Assembly (NCBI GenBank): GCA_965242865.1
Contig: CBDETK010000013.1
Span: 1,536,001-1,600,000, forward strand
DNA: 64,000 nt
Source: Candidatus Latescibacterota bacterium
Lineage (GTDB): Bacteria > Latescibacterota > UBA2968 > UBA8231
Reading direction: 5' to 3'
How positions within the stretch are numbered: the stretch's first letter is position 1; each line of letters opens with the position of its first letter. Both the position numbers and the translations under genes were made by a program. The notes under the pieces were generated by a model. The model worked only from the letters and a program-made list of their open reading frames with translations. It was not told the origin of the DNA and did no database searches. Shown in pieces: positions 29,558 to 40,700 of this stretch.

Positions 29558-29798
29558 AACGTGAGTTCGGGTTAAGGTGTTTGAGAAACGTCATAAATAA
29601 CGCCGCGTTTGAAAGAGCTAGCCTCCTGCGGGTCAGCCCTTCGGTTAGAGAAGACGAGATCAATACTTGGCTCTCCCAACATCTTTCACTCGGTATTTTC
29701 GCTCGTCGTAAATCGATTGCTTCGCTCGCGCTTCGCCAGACGCAAAAATACCGATCTTGCCTTCATTCTTTTCTTTTAACGTCCTCATTGCCCCTCTC
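29558..29798. mobile_element. Possible IS-end/MITE remnant
   Basis: AT-richer insert between convergent genes, starting AACGTGAGTTCGGGTTAA, with internal inverted repeat TCGGTATTTT...AAAATACCGA. Confidence 0.35.
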
Positions 29799-30608
29799 TC
29801 AATCCCAAGGCTCCACCCCCGCCAGCTTTCGCCCTACCCTCGTCAACTCAGCTGTCTTCTCTTCGCGGTGCTCGCGCTCTTCGGCGTAGCGCCCCAGCCC
29901 GGACAGCCGCCGCTGCCAAAAGTCCGTGCGCAATTGCCGCGCCTGTTCGTCTTGGCTGGCTGGATTCATGGTGATGTATTGCGCCACGCGCGGCTCGTCG
30001 CCGCGATTGACGCTCGCCGTGTGCGGCAGGGCGGTGCGCCAGATGACCAAGTCGCCCGCTTCAGCCCCGATGCGCCGCGTTCCCAAGGCCAGCAGGTCTT
30101 GCTCGCGGGGGTTGGCACCCGCCGGCAACTCGTCGAGCCACGCCTCTAAGCGCTGGTGGAACTTCGGCACGCAGACAAAGGCCCCCTGCTCGGCCGGCGT
30201 GTCGTTCAGATAGAGCACGCCCTGGACGCCAAAAGGCAACGGACGCTTATCCAAGGCCGCGTCCCAGTGCAGATTGTGCTCAGGCGTCTCTTTGTCTAAG
30301 GCCGGTGGACTGATGCTGGCCCGGTCGTGGCTGACCCACAGCTTTTTTGTGCCCCAAATCTGGCTAAAGGCCCGGTGGACCCGAGGGGCCGTGCGGTTGT
30401 CCCACATAGTCTGGTGGTGGTACATCTCGACCATGATGCCGCGCCGGTCCTCTGGATACCAAGTCCCGGGATCGCCCGGGTCCATGCCCGCAAACGCCCA
30501 CACCGCTCGCGCCGTGCGCTCGGCTTGGTCGCGGTCGATTACCTGACGCGCAACGACGTACCCCTGTTCGGCAAAAAAATCCAAGTCTTCTCTGCTCAAG
30601 ACATCCAT
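29799..30608 (-). CDS. Phytanoyl-CoA dioxygenase (PhyH) family protein
   Basis: FFAEQGYVV, LHWD, QGVLYLND, AGDLVIW...LPH, PRVAQYITM. Confidence 0.88.
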   Translation of the reverse strand: MDVLSREDLDFFAEQGYVVARQVIDRDQAERTARAVWAFAGMDPGDPGTWYPEDRRGIMVEMYHHQTMWDNRTAPRVHRAFSQIWGTKKLWVSHDRASISPPALDKETPEHNLHWDAALDKRPLPFGVQGVLYLNDTPAEQGAFVCVPKFHQRLEAWLDELPAGANPREQDLLALGTRRIGAEAGDLVIWRTALPHTASVNRGDEPRVAQYITMNPASQDEQARQLRTDFWQRRLSGLGRYAEEREHREEKTAELTRVGRKLAGVEPWD

Positions 30609-30623
30609 GGCATGTACTCCTTG

Positions 30624-31646
30624 TTATAGCAGGTTTTGTGCGATGAGCTCCTCGGCGATTTGCACGGCGTTTAGGGCCGCGCCCTTGCGCAACTGATCGC
30701 CGCTGACCCACAAGTCTAGCCCGGTTCCGTCGGGCCGCGAAATATCTTGGCGAATGCGCCCGACCAGCACCTCGTCGCAGCCGGAGGCCTCAATCGGCAT
30801 GGGGAAATGGTTTTGCGCGGGATCATTCACGAGCCGCACGCCCGCTGCCTGCGCCAAAATGGCCTCGGCCTCAGCGGCCGGAAAGGGCGCGGCAAACTCC
30901 AGGTTGATCGCCTCGGAATGCGCCCGCAGCACTGGCACGCGAATGGTCGTGGCCGAGATCGGCAGCGCGTCGTCGTGGAACATCTTGCGGGTCTCGCGCA
31001 CCATTTTCAGTTCCTCTTCGCAATACCCTTCCGGCCCGACCGCTGAATCGTGCGAAAACAAGTTAAAGGCGATGGGGTGCGGGAATTCCGCTGGCTCGGC
31101 CTCCTGCCCGGCGAGCACCTGCTGAGTCTGGGTCTCCAGCTCCTGCATGGCCCGCGCCCCCGCGCCGCTGACGGCCTGATAGGTCGAGACCACGATGCGC
31201 TCGACCCGCCGCCGCCGATAGAGCGGCCAGACCACCACGTCCATGATGATCGTCGAACAATTCGGATTGGCGATAATGCCGCGATGCGCGGCCAAGTCTT
31301 CGGGGTTGATCTCGGGCACCACCAGCGGCACGGCTGGGTCCATGCGATAGGCCGAGGTGTTATCGACGACCACCGCGCCGGCGGCCACCGCGTGCGGGTT
31401 AAACCGCTTGCTCAACCCCCCCCCGGCCGAGGCCAAGACGAGGTCCACGCCGCCAAAGGAATCCGCCCCGAGTTCCTGCACCGCAAGCGAGCGGCCCTTA
31501 AAGGAAAGGGCGCGTCCGGCCGAGCGGGCCGAGGCCAACAGCCGCAGCTCGCCAACGGGAAAGTCGCGCTCGGCGAGGATTTCTAACAGCACCTGCCCTA
31601 CGGCCCCGGTCGCGCCCATAATCGCTACGTTGTACGCGTGGGTCAC
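30624..31646 (-). CDS. asd: Aspartate-semialdehyde dehydrogenase
   Basis: GATGAVG, IIANPNCST, STYQAVSGAG, RVPVLRAHS, DQLRKGAALNAVQIAE. Confidence 0.98.
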   Translation of the reverse strand: MTHAYNVAIMGATGAVGQVLLEILAERDFPVGELRLLASARSAGRALSFKGRSLAVQELGADSFGGVDLVLASAGGGLSKRFNPHAVAAGAVVVDNTSAYRMDPAVPLVVPEINPEDLAAHRGIIANPNCSTIIMDVVVWPLYRRRRVERIVVSTYQAVSGAGARAMQELETQTQQVLAGQEAEPAEFPHPIAFNLFSHDSAVGPEGYCEEELKMVRETRKMFHDDALPISATTIRVPVLRAHSEAINLEFAAPFPAAEAEAILAQAAGVRLVNDPAQNHFPMPIEASGCDEVLVGRIRQDISRPDGTGLDLWVSGDQLRKGAALNAVQIAEELIAQNLL

Positions 31647-32833
31647 CTGCGTCCCCCCGTGAGATAATCCATCAGGACGTGTCCGTGCTCCACCTGCATA
31701 CTCCCCTGCTCAGCCGCCCGCTCTCCATAAGCGCAGAGCGAGTCGGCCGCAATCCCGGTTCCCCACAGCACAAAGGGCACGGGCTCGCGGCTGTGGGTGC
31801 GCCGCGCAATGGGGGTGCGGTGGTCTGGGGTGAGCAGCACCCGATGCGGCCCCAGCCGCGCAAGCCCGGCCAAGATCGGCCCGACGACGCGGGCGTCGAA
31901 ATCCTCGATCGCCTGCACCTTGGCCTGCGGGTCGCCGTTGTGCCCGGCTTCGTCCGGGGCCTCGACGTGGACATAGACAAAATCAGCGCGCTGCAAGGTG
32001 GCCAGCGCGTATTCGGCCTTGCCTTCGTAGTTGGTGTCGAGATACCCGGTAACCCCGGGCACATCAATGACCTCTAAGCCCGCGCTCTTGCCGATGCCGC
32101 GCACCAGATCAACGGCCGAGATGACCCCGCCCTGCAACCCGTAGCGCGCCGACAAGGGCGTCAACCGCAGCGCCCGCCCTGCGCCCCACAGCCATATTGC
32201 ATTGGCTGGCCGCGCTCCGCGCCCCGCACGGGCGGCATTGATCGGCGAGGCCGCCAGCAGGGGGCTGGCCGCGGCCATGAGAGCGCGAATTTTCTCGGCC
32301 CCCGCGCCCGTAGGCAGATGCGCGGCCATGGACCGGCCCATGATGTCGTGCGGCGGATAGGTTTCCACGTCTTCCGGGCCGCGCTCCCACACCAGCAAGT
32401 GGCGATAGCCCACCCCGGGATAGAAGCGCAACGACGGCCCCCCGAGCGCAGCCGCCAAGGTCTCCACCAATTCGGCCGCCTCGGCGCTGGCGATGTGGCC
32501 GGCGCTGTAATCGACCAGCACGTCGTCTTCTCGGTAGATCAGGTTTAGGCGGAAGGCCACCCCGTCGTCGCCCAGCTCGACGCCCATGCTCGCCGCTTCC
32601 AACGGCGCCCGGCCCGTGTAGTGAACGCGGCTGTCGTACCCGAAAATTTCGAGGTTGCCAATGTCGCTGCCCGGATGCCGCTGCGCCGGGATCATCTGCA
32701 CCAACCCGCCCGCTCCTTCGCGGGCCAAGCGATCCATGCAGGGCGTGGCGGCCGCCTCCAACGGCGTCTGCCCGCCCAGTTCAGCGAGCGGATAATCGGC
32801 CGCTCCATCGGGCACCAACACGACGTAGCGCAC
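31643..32833 (-). CDS. ApgM-family mutase / proposed homoserine kinase
   Basis: DGAADYP, PGSDIGN, GRAPLEAASMG, PPHDI, HVEAPDEAGH, PDHRTP; between hom and asd. Confidence 0.88.
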   Translation of the reverse strand: MRYVVLVPDGAADYPLAELGGQTPLEAAATPCMDRLAREGAGGLVQMIPAQRHPGSDIGNLEIFGYDSRVHYTGRAPLEAASMGVELGDDGVAFRLNLIYREDDVLVDYSAGHIASAEAAELVETLAAALGGPSLRFYPGVGYRHLLVWERGPEDVETYPPHDIMGRSMAAHLPTGAGAEKIRALMAAASPLLAASPINAARAGRGARPANAIWLWGAGRALRLTPLSARYGLQGGVISAVDLVRGIGKSAGLEVIDVPGVTGYLDTNYEGKAEYALATLQRADFVYVHVEAPDEAGHNGDPQAKVQAIEDFDARVVGPILAGLARLGPHRVLLTPDHRTPIARRTHSREPVPFVLWGTGIAADSLCAYGERAAEQGSMQVEHGHVLMDYLTGGRR

Positions 32834-32834
32834 G

Positions 32835-34127
32835 CTAGAGGTCCTCCATGCGGATGAGTTTGACCGCTCCCTGCACGGCCTCGAGTGCGGCCACGGCCTG
32901 CTGCGCCCGCTGCATGGCCGCTTCGCGCGCCTCGTGCGTTACAATGACCAGCGGCACGGACCCGCCCTCAAAGTCGCGCTCCTTTTGGATGACCGAGGCA
33001 ATGCTGATGCGCTCCTCGGCCAAAATGCGCGCGATCCCCGCGAGCACCCCGGGCTGGTCGCGCACCAAGACGCGCATGAAGTAGCGCATCTGCACCTCCT
33101 CAATGGACACGACCGGGGCCGCGTCCTCGCCCAAGATCATGTCGCCGATGGATGTGCTGGCGCCGGCGGCCTTGCGCTCGACCAATTCCACCATATCCGC
33201 CACCACGGCGCTGGCTGTGGGCCGCTGCCCGGCGCCGCGACCGGAAAACACTTGCGGCCCCACCGCCGACCCCTGCACCTGAATGGCGTTGAATTCGTCG
33301 TGGATGTTGGCCAACAGCGCGTCCTCCGGCACCATGGCCGGATGCACCCGGGCCTCGACGCGCCCATCCTGCTGCTTGGCAACGGCCAACAGTTTGATCG
33401 CGTACCCCAGTTCGCGGGCGTATTCAATGTCCCGACTCTCGATTTGCTCAATGCCCTCGCAAAACACATCGCGGCCCGTGCCGGTGCAGTGAAAGGCAAT
33501 GCGACAGAGGATGGCCAACTTTTGCGCGGCGTCCATGCCGCTTACGTCCATCGTGGGGTCTGGCTCGGCATAGCCTTGGTCTTGGGCCTCTTTGAGGACG
33601 GCCGCGTAGTCGCCCGCGCCGCGGCTCATGCGCGTGAGCATGTAGTTGGTCGTGCCGTTGAGGATGCCGTATAGGGACTCGACCCGATTGGCGACCAAGC
33701 CGCTGCGCAGCGAGCGGATGATGGGGATGCCGCCCGCGACGCTGGCTTCAAACATCAAATCCGCCCCATGGGCCAGCGCCAATTCAAAAAGCTCCTCGCC
33801 CCGCTCGGCCAGCAGGGCCTTGTTGGCCGTCACCACGTCCTTGCCCTGCCGCAGGGCCTCGCATACCCACTCAAAGGCCGGGGGCGCACCGGTCAGCTCC
33901 ACCACCAGTTGCACCTCTGGGTTGGCCACGACCGCGCCGGCGTCTGCGGTCAACAGCCCCGGCGGCAAGGCCGGGTTGCGCGGCTTGGCCAAGTCGCGCA
34001 CGGCCACCCGCCGCAAGGCAAAATCTACGTGCTTGCGCCGCCGCAGCGACGCCGGCGCATCTTGCAACAGCTCCACCACGCCGCTGCCGACCGTACCGAA
34101 ACCGATTAATCCCACTCCCACTGGCAT
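32835..34127 (-). CDS. hom: Homoserine dehydrogenase with ACT domain
   Basis: GFGTVG, VVTANK, FEASVAGGIP, GILNGTTNY, GYAEPDP, C-terminal ACT (DQPGVLA). Confidence 0.97.
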   Translation of the reverse strand: MPVGVGLIGFGTVGSGVVELLQDAPASLRRRKHVDFALRRVAVRDLAKPRNPALPPGLLTADAGAVVANPEVQLVVELTGAPPAFEWVCEALRQGKDVVTANKALLAERGEELFELALAHGADLMFEASVAGGIPIIRSLRSGLVANRVESLYGILNGTTNYMLTRMSRGAGDYAAVLKEAQDQGYAEPDPTMDVSGMDAAQKLAILCRIAFHCTGTGRDVFCEGIEQIESRDIEYARELGYAIKLLAVAKQQDGRVEARVHPAMVPEDALLANIHDEFNAIQVQGSAVGPQVFSGRGAGQRPTASAVVADMVELVERKAAGASTSIGDMILGEDAAPVVSIEEVQMRYFMRVLVRDQPGVLAGIARILAEERISIASVIQKERDFEGGSVPLVIVTHEAREAAMQRAQQAVAALEAVQGAVKLIRMEDL

Positions 34128-34274
34128 TGGCCCAATTCCTTGTTTCCTAGCGAGTTAAAAGGGCCTAAATATAGCGGGTGCCGCGCTTTTTTGGCAAGGC
34201 GTACGCCCCGGTTGATGGACGCGCCGTTATATTCTATAAATTAAAGACTTTCACGCCAACCGGAGCTTGCCGCT

Positions 34275-34565
34275 ATGGACCTCGAAGCCTTCAAACGGAG
34301 CCTGCAAGAAGAAAAATCCCCCCCGACGGACTCCCTCGCCCTCCAAGCACTCTGGTACGAGGCCCTGGGCCGATGGGACCAAGCCCACGAGCTAGCCCAG
34401 CAAGCACCCGGCCCCACTGGAGCTTGGGTCCACGCTTTTTTACACCGGCTCAGGGGCGACAGAACCAACGCTGGATATTGGTATCGGCAGGCGGGCAAGC
34501 CCCATACCAAGGGGTCGGTGAACGAAGAATGGGATGAAATCGTCACCACCCTCCTCAGCGATTAG
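34275..34565 (+). CDS. Conserved hypothetical helical protein
   Basis: WDQAHELAQ...AWVHAFLHR..GD..NAGYWYRQAGK. Confidence 0.8.
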   Translation: MDLEAFKRSLQEEKSPPTDSLALQALWYEALGRWDQAHELAQQAPGPTGAWVHAFLHRLRGDRTNAGYWYRQAGKPHTKGSVNEEWDEIVTTLLSD

Positions 34566-36055
34566 CGCATCCGCCGCAACGCTCCCCACGTATGCGCTAG
34601 TTCGGCCCGGTCTTGCGGGTGGGCCCAAGTCAGGGCGGCCACCAGCCCCGCAAAGCACAGCCCCCCGACAACCACCGGCCAAAAGTCGCCGGCCAAGCCG
34701 GTGCTGACCCAGCGGCTGACCGCGGCGGCCGCGCCGACGCCCGCGCCGGTCCGCAGCAAGCGCCCCCAAGGCATGAGCCGATACCAGCCACAGCGCAAGT
34801 GCCAGCCAATCGCCCCCAACAAGAAGGCCACCTGCAAGTACGTCACCGCGGTGGTGGCTATGGCCGGGCCGAGAAAGGCCCACTCGGGGTGCGCCGCCTG
34901 CAAGTACCCAACGAGCACCCAACTCAAGCCGATATTGCAGCCCAGATCCCCCACGCTAGCCCACAGCGCCCAGCGGGCCTTGCCCATGCCCACCAGCAGC
35001 GGACTGTACGCGGCACAGCGCAGCGGCAATACCAATAGATAGATGCGGAAAACCCAAGCCGCGCGATCGTACTCCGGGAAGAGCCCGCCGATCAGCGGCC
35101 CGGCAAAAGCGAGCAGGAAGGCCGCCAGCGGCAACACCAACAAGGCCAAGCGCGAGACCGCACGCTGCCACAACGCCAGTATGGCGCGGAGCTCGCCCGC
35201 CTGAAAGAGCCGACTGACCTCCGGAATCAACACGGAGGTCACCGCCGACAGCAGCAGGCTGATCGGCACCTCAATGGCCCCAAAATTGTACTCGGCAAAC
35301 GCACCGGCCGCGAAGAAGTGCATGATCACAAAGCGATCGACGTAGCGGGAGAGACTCCCCACGGCGTCGTTGAGGCCCACCGGGCGCGTGTAGCGCACCA
35401 GCGCACCCAACCCTTCCCACCCCCACCAACGCCCGCCCCCCAGCGCCCAGCGCACGAGCCCGCAGACGACGAGCAAGCGCAACGCGCCCAAGCCAGAAAA
35501 CAGCGCCAGCACCTGCGCGGGCGTCCAGCCCAGCCCCAGTGCCCCCCACGTACCGGCGACTAAGGCACTGCCCATCGCCAGTTGCAGCCCAGCCAAATAG
35601 TGCTCGCGGTCGGCGGCCACCAAGGCCGCTTCGGCCCCGCCGCCGGCAATCGCCGCAAAGAGATAGGGCAGGAACGGCAGCAGGTACGCGGCCACCTGCT
35701 CGTCTTGCACCAGCACCGCTGCTAGCGGCGGCCCCCACCACCACAGGCTCCCGACCAATGCCAAACCCGACGCGGTCAAGCACAGCAGCACTTGGCCGAC
35801 GAGTACGCGCGGCTCGCGTCGCCGGGGAAAAAAGTAGAGCAAGCTCGTGGGCAGCCCGCACAAAAACACCGGGATCAGGGCGTTGCCCACCACCCAGACC
35901 GCGCCAAAAAGCCCGCATTCTTCCGGGGTCCAAGCGCGGGCCACCAGCGCATAGACCGCTAGGATGCTGGCGGTATTGGCGGCGCGCCCAGCGGCCACGA
36001 CGCCGATCTTGCGAGTCAGCCGCCCGGGACTGCCCGGTCCAGCCCGTTCATTCAT
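34562..36055 (-). CDS. Oligosaccharide flippase (Wzx/MOP family)
   Basis: About 12 TM segments, GLPTSLLYF, DRFVI...FAEY; start placed at MNERAG. Confidence 0.85.
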   Translation of the reverse strand: MNERAGPGSPGRLTRKIGVVAAGRAANTASILAVYALVARAWTPEECGLFGAVWVVGNALIPVFLCGLPTSLLYFFPRRREPRVLVGQVLLCLTASGLALVGSLWWWGPPLAAVLVQDEQVAAYLLPFLPYLFAAIAGGGAEAALVAADREHYLAGLQLAMGSALVAGTWGALGLGWTPAQVLALFSGLGALRLLVVCGLVRWALGGGRWWGWEGLGALVRYTRPVGLNDAVGSLSRYVDRFVIMHFFAAGAFAEYNFGAIEVPISLLLSAVTSVLIPEVSRLFQAGELRAILALWQRAVSRLALLVLPLAAFLLAFAGPLIGGLFPEYDRAAWVFRIYLLVLPLRCAAYSPLLVGMGKARWALWASVGDLGCNIGLSWVLVGYLQAAHPEWAFLGPAIATTAVTYLQVAFLLGAIGWHLRCGWYRLMPWGRLLRTGAGVGAAAAVSRWVSTGLAGDFWPVVVGGLCFAGLVAALTWAHPQDRAELAHTWGALRRMR

Positions 36056-36140
36056 GGGGCGTCGCTTGACAGCGATCGCGCCGCTCCGTATAACACCTTG
36101 CCCATCGTTGCTTTTTGATTTTCTGGTAAAGGAGGTCGCT

Positions 36141-37103
36141 ATGACCGTCAGAATCGGCTTTGTCGGCACCGGCGGTATCGCCAACCACCACCTACGCATC
36201 CTCGCTCAGCTCGACGAGGCCGAGTTGGTTGCCTTTTGCGACGTGGCCGAAGAAAAGGCCCTAGCCGCGGCCAGCGAGTACGGCGGCCGGGCCTATAGCC
36301 ACTACGAGGCCCTGTACGACAGCGAAGCACTGGACGCGGTCTATATCTGCCTGCCGCCCTTTGCCCACGCCCAGCCCGAGCTGGCGGCCATTGAGCGCGG
36401 CTTGCCCATTTTTGTCGAAAAACCCGTGGCGACTTCCTTGGCCCACGCCCGCGCCGTTGAAGCGGCCATTGGCCGCCAACACCTGATCAGCGCGGTCGGC
36501 TATCACTGGCGCTATATGGACACGACCGCCAAAGCCATCGAATGCCTCGGCGACGAGCCCGTGGGTTTTGCCCTCGGCTCTTGGACCGGCGGCATGCCCG
36601 GGGTGCCTTGGTGGCGAGTGTTGGCCGAGAGCGGCGGCCAGATCGTCGAACAAACCACGCACATTTTCGACTTGGCCCGCTACCTGCTCGGAGCGGTGGA
36701 GAGCGTCCACGCCATGGCCCGCACCGGCCTGATGCAAGACATCCCAAACTACGATGTCCACGACGCCTCGGTCGCCAATCTCCGCTTCCAAAGCGGCGCA
36801 ATAGCCAGCATCACCTCGGCCTGCATGCTCGCGGCCGGCGGGCACGTGGGCTTGGACCTCTACCAGAAAAACCAAGTTTTGCGCCTCACCTCCGGCGCGC
36901 TCACCGTGGACCGCCCCAGCGGCCGCGACGTCGTCGAGCTGGGCAACAACCCAACGCAAGCCGAGGATCGCGCCTTCCTCCAAGCCGTGCAAACCGGCGA
37001 TGCGGCCGGCATCCGCTGCTCCTACTCAGAAGCGGTCCAGACCTTGGCCGTGACCCTCGCGGCCACCCAATCGGCCGTGGAAGAGCGCGTCGTCTCCCTG
37101 TAG
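36141..37103 (+). CDS. Gfo/Idh/MocA oxidoreductase
   Basis: AAGGAGG RBS; GFVGTGGIA, FVEKP, SGGQIVEQTTHIFD. Confidence 0.93.
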   Translation: MTVRIGFVGTGGIANHHLRILAQLDEAELVAFCDVAEEKALAAASEYGGRAYSHYEALYDSEALDAVYICLPPFAHAQPELAAIERGLPIFVEKPVATSLAHARAVEAAIGRQHLISAVGYHWRYMDTTAKAIECLGDEPVGFALGSWTGGMPGVPWWRVLAESGGQIVEQTTHIFDLARYLLGAVESVHAMARTGLMQDIPNYDVHDASVANLRFQSGAIASITSACMLAAGGHVGLDLYQKNQVLRLTSGALTVDRPSGRDVVELGNNPTQAEDRAFLQAVQTGDAAGIRCSYSEAVQTLAVTLAATQSAVEERVVSL

Positions 37104-37104
37104 C

Positions 37105-37656
37105 CTACTCGTCTTCGATCAGGTCGAAGTCGTGGATGTCCTCGCCGGCTTTGGCCGAGAGGATGTCGAGCGCGGCGCAGGCCCCGTCGCCGGCCGAGAT
37201 AATGGCTTGAATTTTCTTCAGGCGCGTGCTCCAACCAATGACGTACAGCCCTTCAACCGAGGTGCGGCCGTGGCGGTCGGCGGTCAATCCGTCGGCTTCT
37301 TTGGCCACGCCCAAGCGGTCGGCCAGTGGGTTGCTCGGCCCGGTCGCGAGGATCAGGTATGGGGCTTGGTGGGTTTGGCCATCGGCGGTTTCGACGACAA
37401 AGCCCTCCTCGCCCTTTTCGACGCGGCTGACTTCGACGTCCTGAATCGCCCCGCCAAAGCCGCGCACCTGCTCGCGGCCGATCTGCTGGAACTCGGGACC
37501 GGCCATCTTGGGAATGCCCAAATAATTGTATAGCATGGCCTTGTGCATCAGGGTCTTGTCTTGGCCGAAGACGGTGACGCTCATGTCGTTTTTGGCGAGA
37601 AAGAGCGCGGCGCTCAATCCGCCCGGCCCATCTCCGACGACGATAACATCCGGCAT
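37105..37656 (-). CDS. Short thioredoxin-reductase-like FAD oxidoreductase
   Basis: VGDGPGGLSAA, ILATG, QAIISAGDG; lacks the NADPH/CxxC domain. Confidence 0.85.
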   Translation of the reverse strand: MPDVIVVGDGPGGLSAALFLAKNDMSVTVFGQDKTLMHKAMLYNYLGIPKMAGPEFQQIGREQVRGFGGAIQDVEVSRVEKGEEGFVVETADGQTHQAPYLILATGPSNPLADRLGVAKEADGLTADRHGRTSVEGLYVIGWSTRLKKIQAIISAGDGACAALDILSAKAGEDIHDFDLIEDE

Positions 37657-37762
37657 TTCTCAGGCTCCTTTGGCTGTTGGTGAACAGCGCGCAAATAAGG
37701 GCGCGCCGGCGCCGGCTGTCAACTTGCCTCGGCGCGAATGCGAGCGGACGAGATCGCCGGGA

Positions 37763-40700
37763 TTATTCGTACGCCGGCTCGAACACCAGCTCTGGCACCA
37801 CTACCTCCCAAGCATCGCATTGCACACGGTCGTGGTACTGCGGGTCCGACGCGGCGCGGCTCCAAGCCACGACCGCGAACACTGCGGCAGACCGGCAGCG
37901 CGTTCTCGGTGGGGGTTCAAACGCTCGGGCCAGCTGCCCCACCACCGTCCCCGACCGGTCCAGCAGTTCCCAAGCACCCGTTTTGGCAAGCCGCATTGCT
38001 AGCCGGTCGCCGGGCGCCAAAGCGGCAATCGCACGATGCACCTGATGGTTGGCGCGGCGACGCCCCGCAAAACCCAGATCGACCTCGCGCAGGCTGGGCC
38101 GTCGATATTGACGCGAGAGTTCCGAGGTTTCCGGCGGCGAGCCGCCGGGGGTACGGTGTAAAACTGAGCCGTTGTTTGGAAAGGCATGCGGCAGCGAATG
38201 CAAGCGCCCCAAGTACGCCGGAGATTCGGGCTCCTTTACGAAATCAGGGCGCGTGGTCCCTACGGCCGGGCGCGATCCTTGAAAACGCACCAGAGCAAGG
38301 GTCTGCCGGGCGCGCGTCATGGCCACGTAGTAGAGCCGCCGCGGCGCATCCGGGTCCTCGCCCTTGTTGATTTTGTTCCAGCCTCCATCGAGCACGGCCA
38401 CGTGGTCAAACTCCAATCCCTTGGCGCGGTGTGCGGTCAACAGCAAGAGCCCGCGCTGACGGCGGCGTACATCTCGCCCCCACTCGGCCAGCCACTCAAT
38501 GAAGTGATCCACTGGCATTTCCGCGTCGCTGGTTTCTAGGGCGAACTCGTCCAACGCCTGCCCCAGCAGATCGTTCCACGGGCCGGGCCTTTGCGCCGCC
38601 AGCCAACCCCTCAGATCAGCACTGCCCACGATCCGGGTCTCTCGCCCGCGCAGCCATTCAACGAGCACTCGGGTTTCTCTCAGGTGCCAGAAGCTGGGGA
38701 TTGCCTCGTTCCCCATCTGCACTGGGATGCGGTGGACTTCGCAGAAGGCGCGTACCGGCTCCAGATACTTCCATTCGCGGGCGATCACCGCGCCCTTAGA
38801 CCAGTCCCAGTCCGGCGAGAGGGCGGCGAGGCGCAGCAACTCCGTTAGCGCAATCCACGCTTGCGCGATCGGCCCGCGCTGTGCCGGTAGAATCTGCACT
38901 CGGCCTTGCGCGACCGAATCTAGCGCGCCCCAGTCGCCGCCCGGCGGCTCCTTCGCCCGGGCCCGATCGATGCGGATGGGATGTCCGGTCTTCATCCGCT
39001 GTCGAGCCGGTTCGATCCACGCATTGGCCGATGCGATGATGTGGCCGGTGGAACGGTAGTTGTCGGTCAGGTACGTGGGCTTTGGTCCGTAATCCGCTTC
39101 AAAACGACGAATGAACGCCACCGAAGCACCGTTGAAGGCGTAGATATTCTGATCGTCGTCCCCTACGGCGAAGAGGGTGAGCTTGCGATCTTCATCTAGG
39201 GTCCGACCGGCCAAGGCCGATATCAGCTCGTATTGCTCGGCACCGATGTCTTGGTATTCGTCCACGAGTATCCAGCGAAAACCCGCGAGCAGCCGTTCCC
39301 GCTGATCGTCCGCATCCTCCGGCTCTAGCCCCTCGCCGCGCAGGAGGGCCACGGCTTGGCGCAACACCTGCTGGAATTCATCGTCGTCGAGCAGGTGCCT
39401 CTCCCGCTCTTGGAAGCTGACCCCGACCAGTCGCATGGCCAACGCATGACAGGTGAGCACGGTTACTCTGCGGGCGTCGTCGCCGATCAAATCCACGAGG
39501 CGGCGGCGGATATCGACCGCTGTGTGCCGGTTATAGGCCAAGGCCAAGATGCCGCGGGGATCCTCGCGCCTCGCCCGTACTAGGTACGCGATGCGATGCA
39601 CTAGCACGCGCGTCTTGCCGGAGCCGGGACCGGCGAGGACCAGCTGGTCCCGATCATCCGCGACGATGCGTTGCTGAATGGGATTCTTCAGGCTTTCGAC
39701 TATGGTTCGCCACGACTCGGGCGTGGTCTCCCGCGCAATCTCCTCGCCCCGCTGTGGCAACCAACGGCGGAGGAAATCCTCCTCCTTCAGGCTGAAGTAG
39801 TCAATCGCCAAGTGCAGCGCCTCGGCTATATCGTCGAGGGCCCGCTCGGCAAATTCCGCCATCACGTGGATCTGCCGCACCTGCCCCTTGTAATGGAGCT
39901 CGAGCGGTGCAAAGTCGGCCTTGGCAAAGCCGCGCCGCCCTTCGGCTTCGGCCAGCCGGATGGTCATGGCCGGGCGGAATACGGCTAGCCCCTTGTTCAG
40001 GCGGATGACCTCCTGCTCGTGTAGCCAGAGGAGGGCGCGGTCCAGCAACTTCTCGATGTTCCTGCTCTTGCTCTTTAGGAATAGGTCGGACGAGATCGCT
40101 TCCAACAGCTTGCCGAGGGTCGTCTCAGCGAGCAGGTCCACGCCCCGACTGCCGGGCGGCAGACAAGCGAGCAAGTGATTGAGCAAGAGCTTCGCCCCCT
40201 CGCGCCGGCGCGACGCGAGTTCCTCCAAATCCGCCCACTCGCGCCGCAGGGTCACCTGCACCGTCTCGGCATCCCGCTGTCGCACCCCAAGGCTGCCGGC
40301 GTCGCCCCCTTCGCCGCGCCCGTCGTAAGCAATGCTGCGGATAATGCGCCGCAGCCGTTCCGGCAGCGGATCGGCCACGCCCGCATCGCGCAGCGTTTGT
40401 GCGGCGACGCGCAAATGCAAGGGGGCGGCGTCTCCCTTGCCCATATCCGGGGCCAACTCGCGCAGCTGTGCGATCAGGGCGGTCTCCAACTCGGCCGCCG
40501 CAGCAAAGCGCTTCTGCGAACTGTGCTTAACGCCTGCGTGGACGAAGGCGGTCAGGGCCGTATCGTTGCTCGCGATGCCCAAGCGCTCCAAGTCGAACAG
40601 GGCACCACGCACCCCTTCGGCACTCAGGCCGGATACGCCCATTAGAGCGTCGGTGGAGATGCCCTCGTCGGGGTCGGCGTCAATCAGGGTCTCGGCGATT

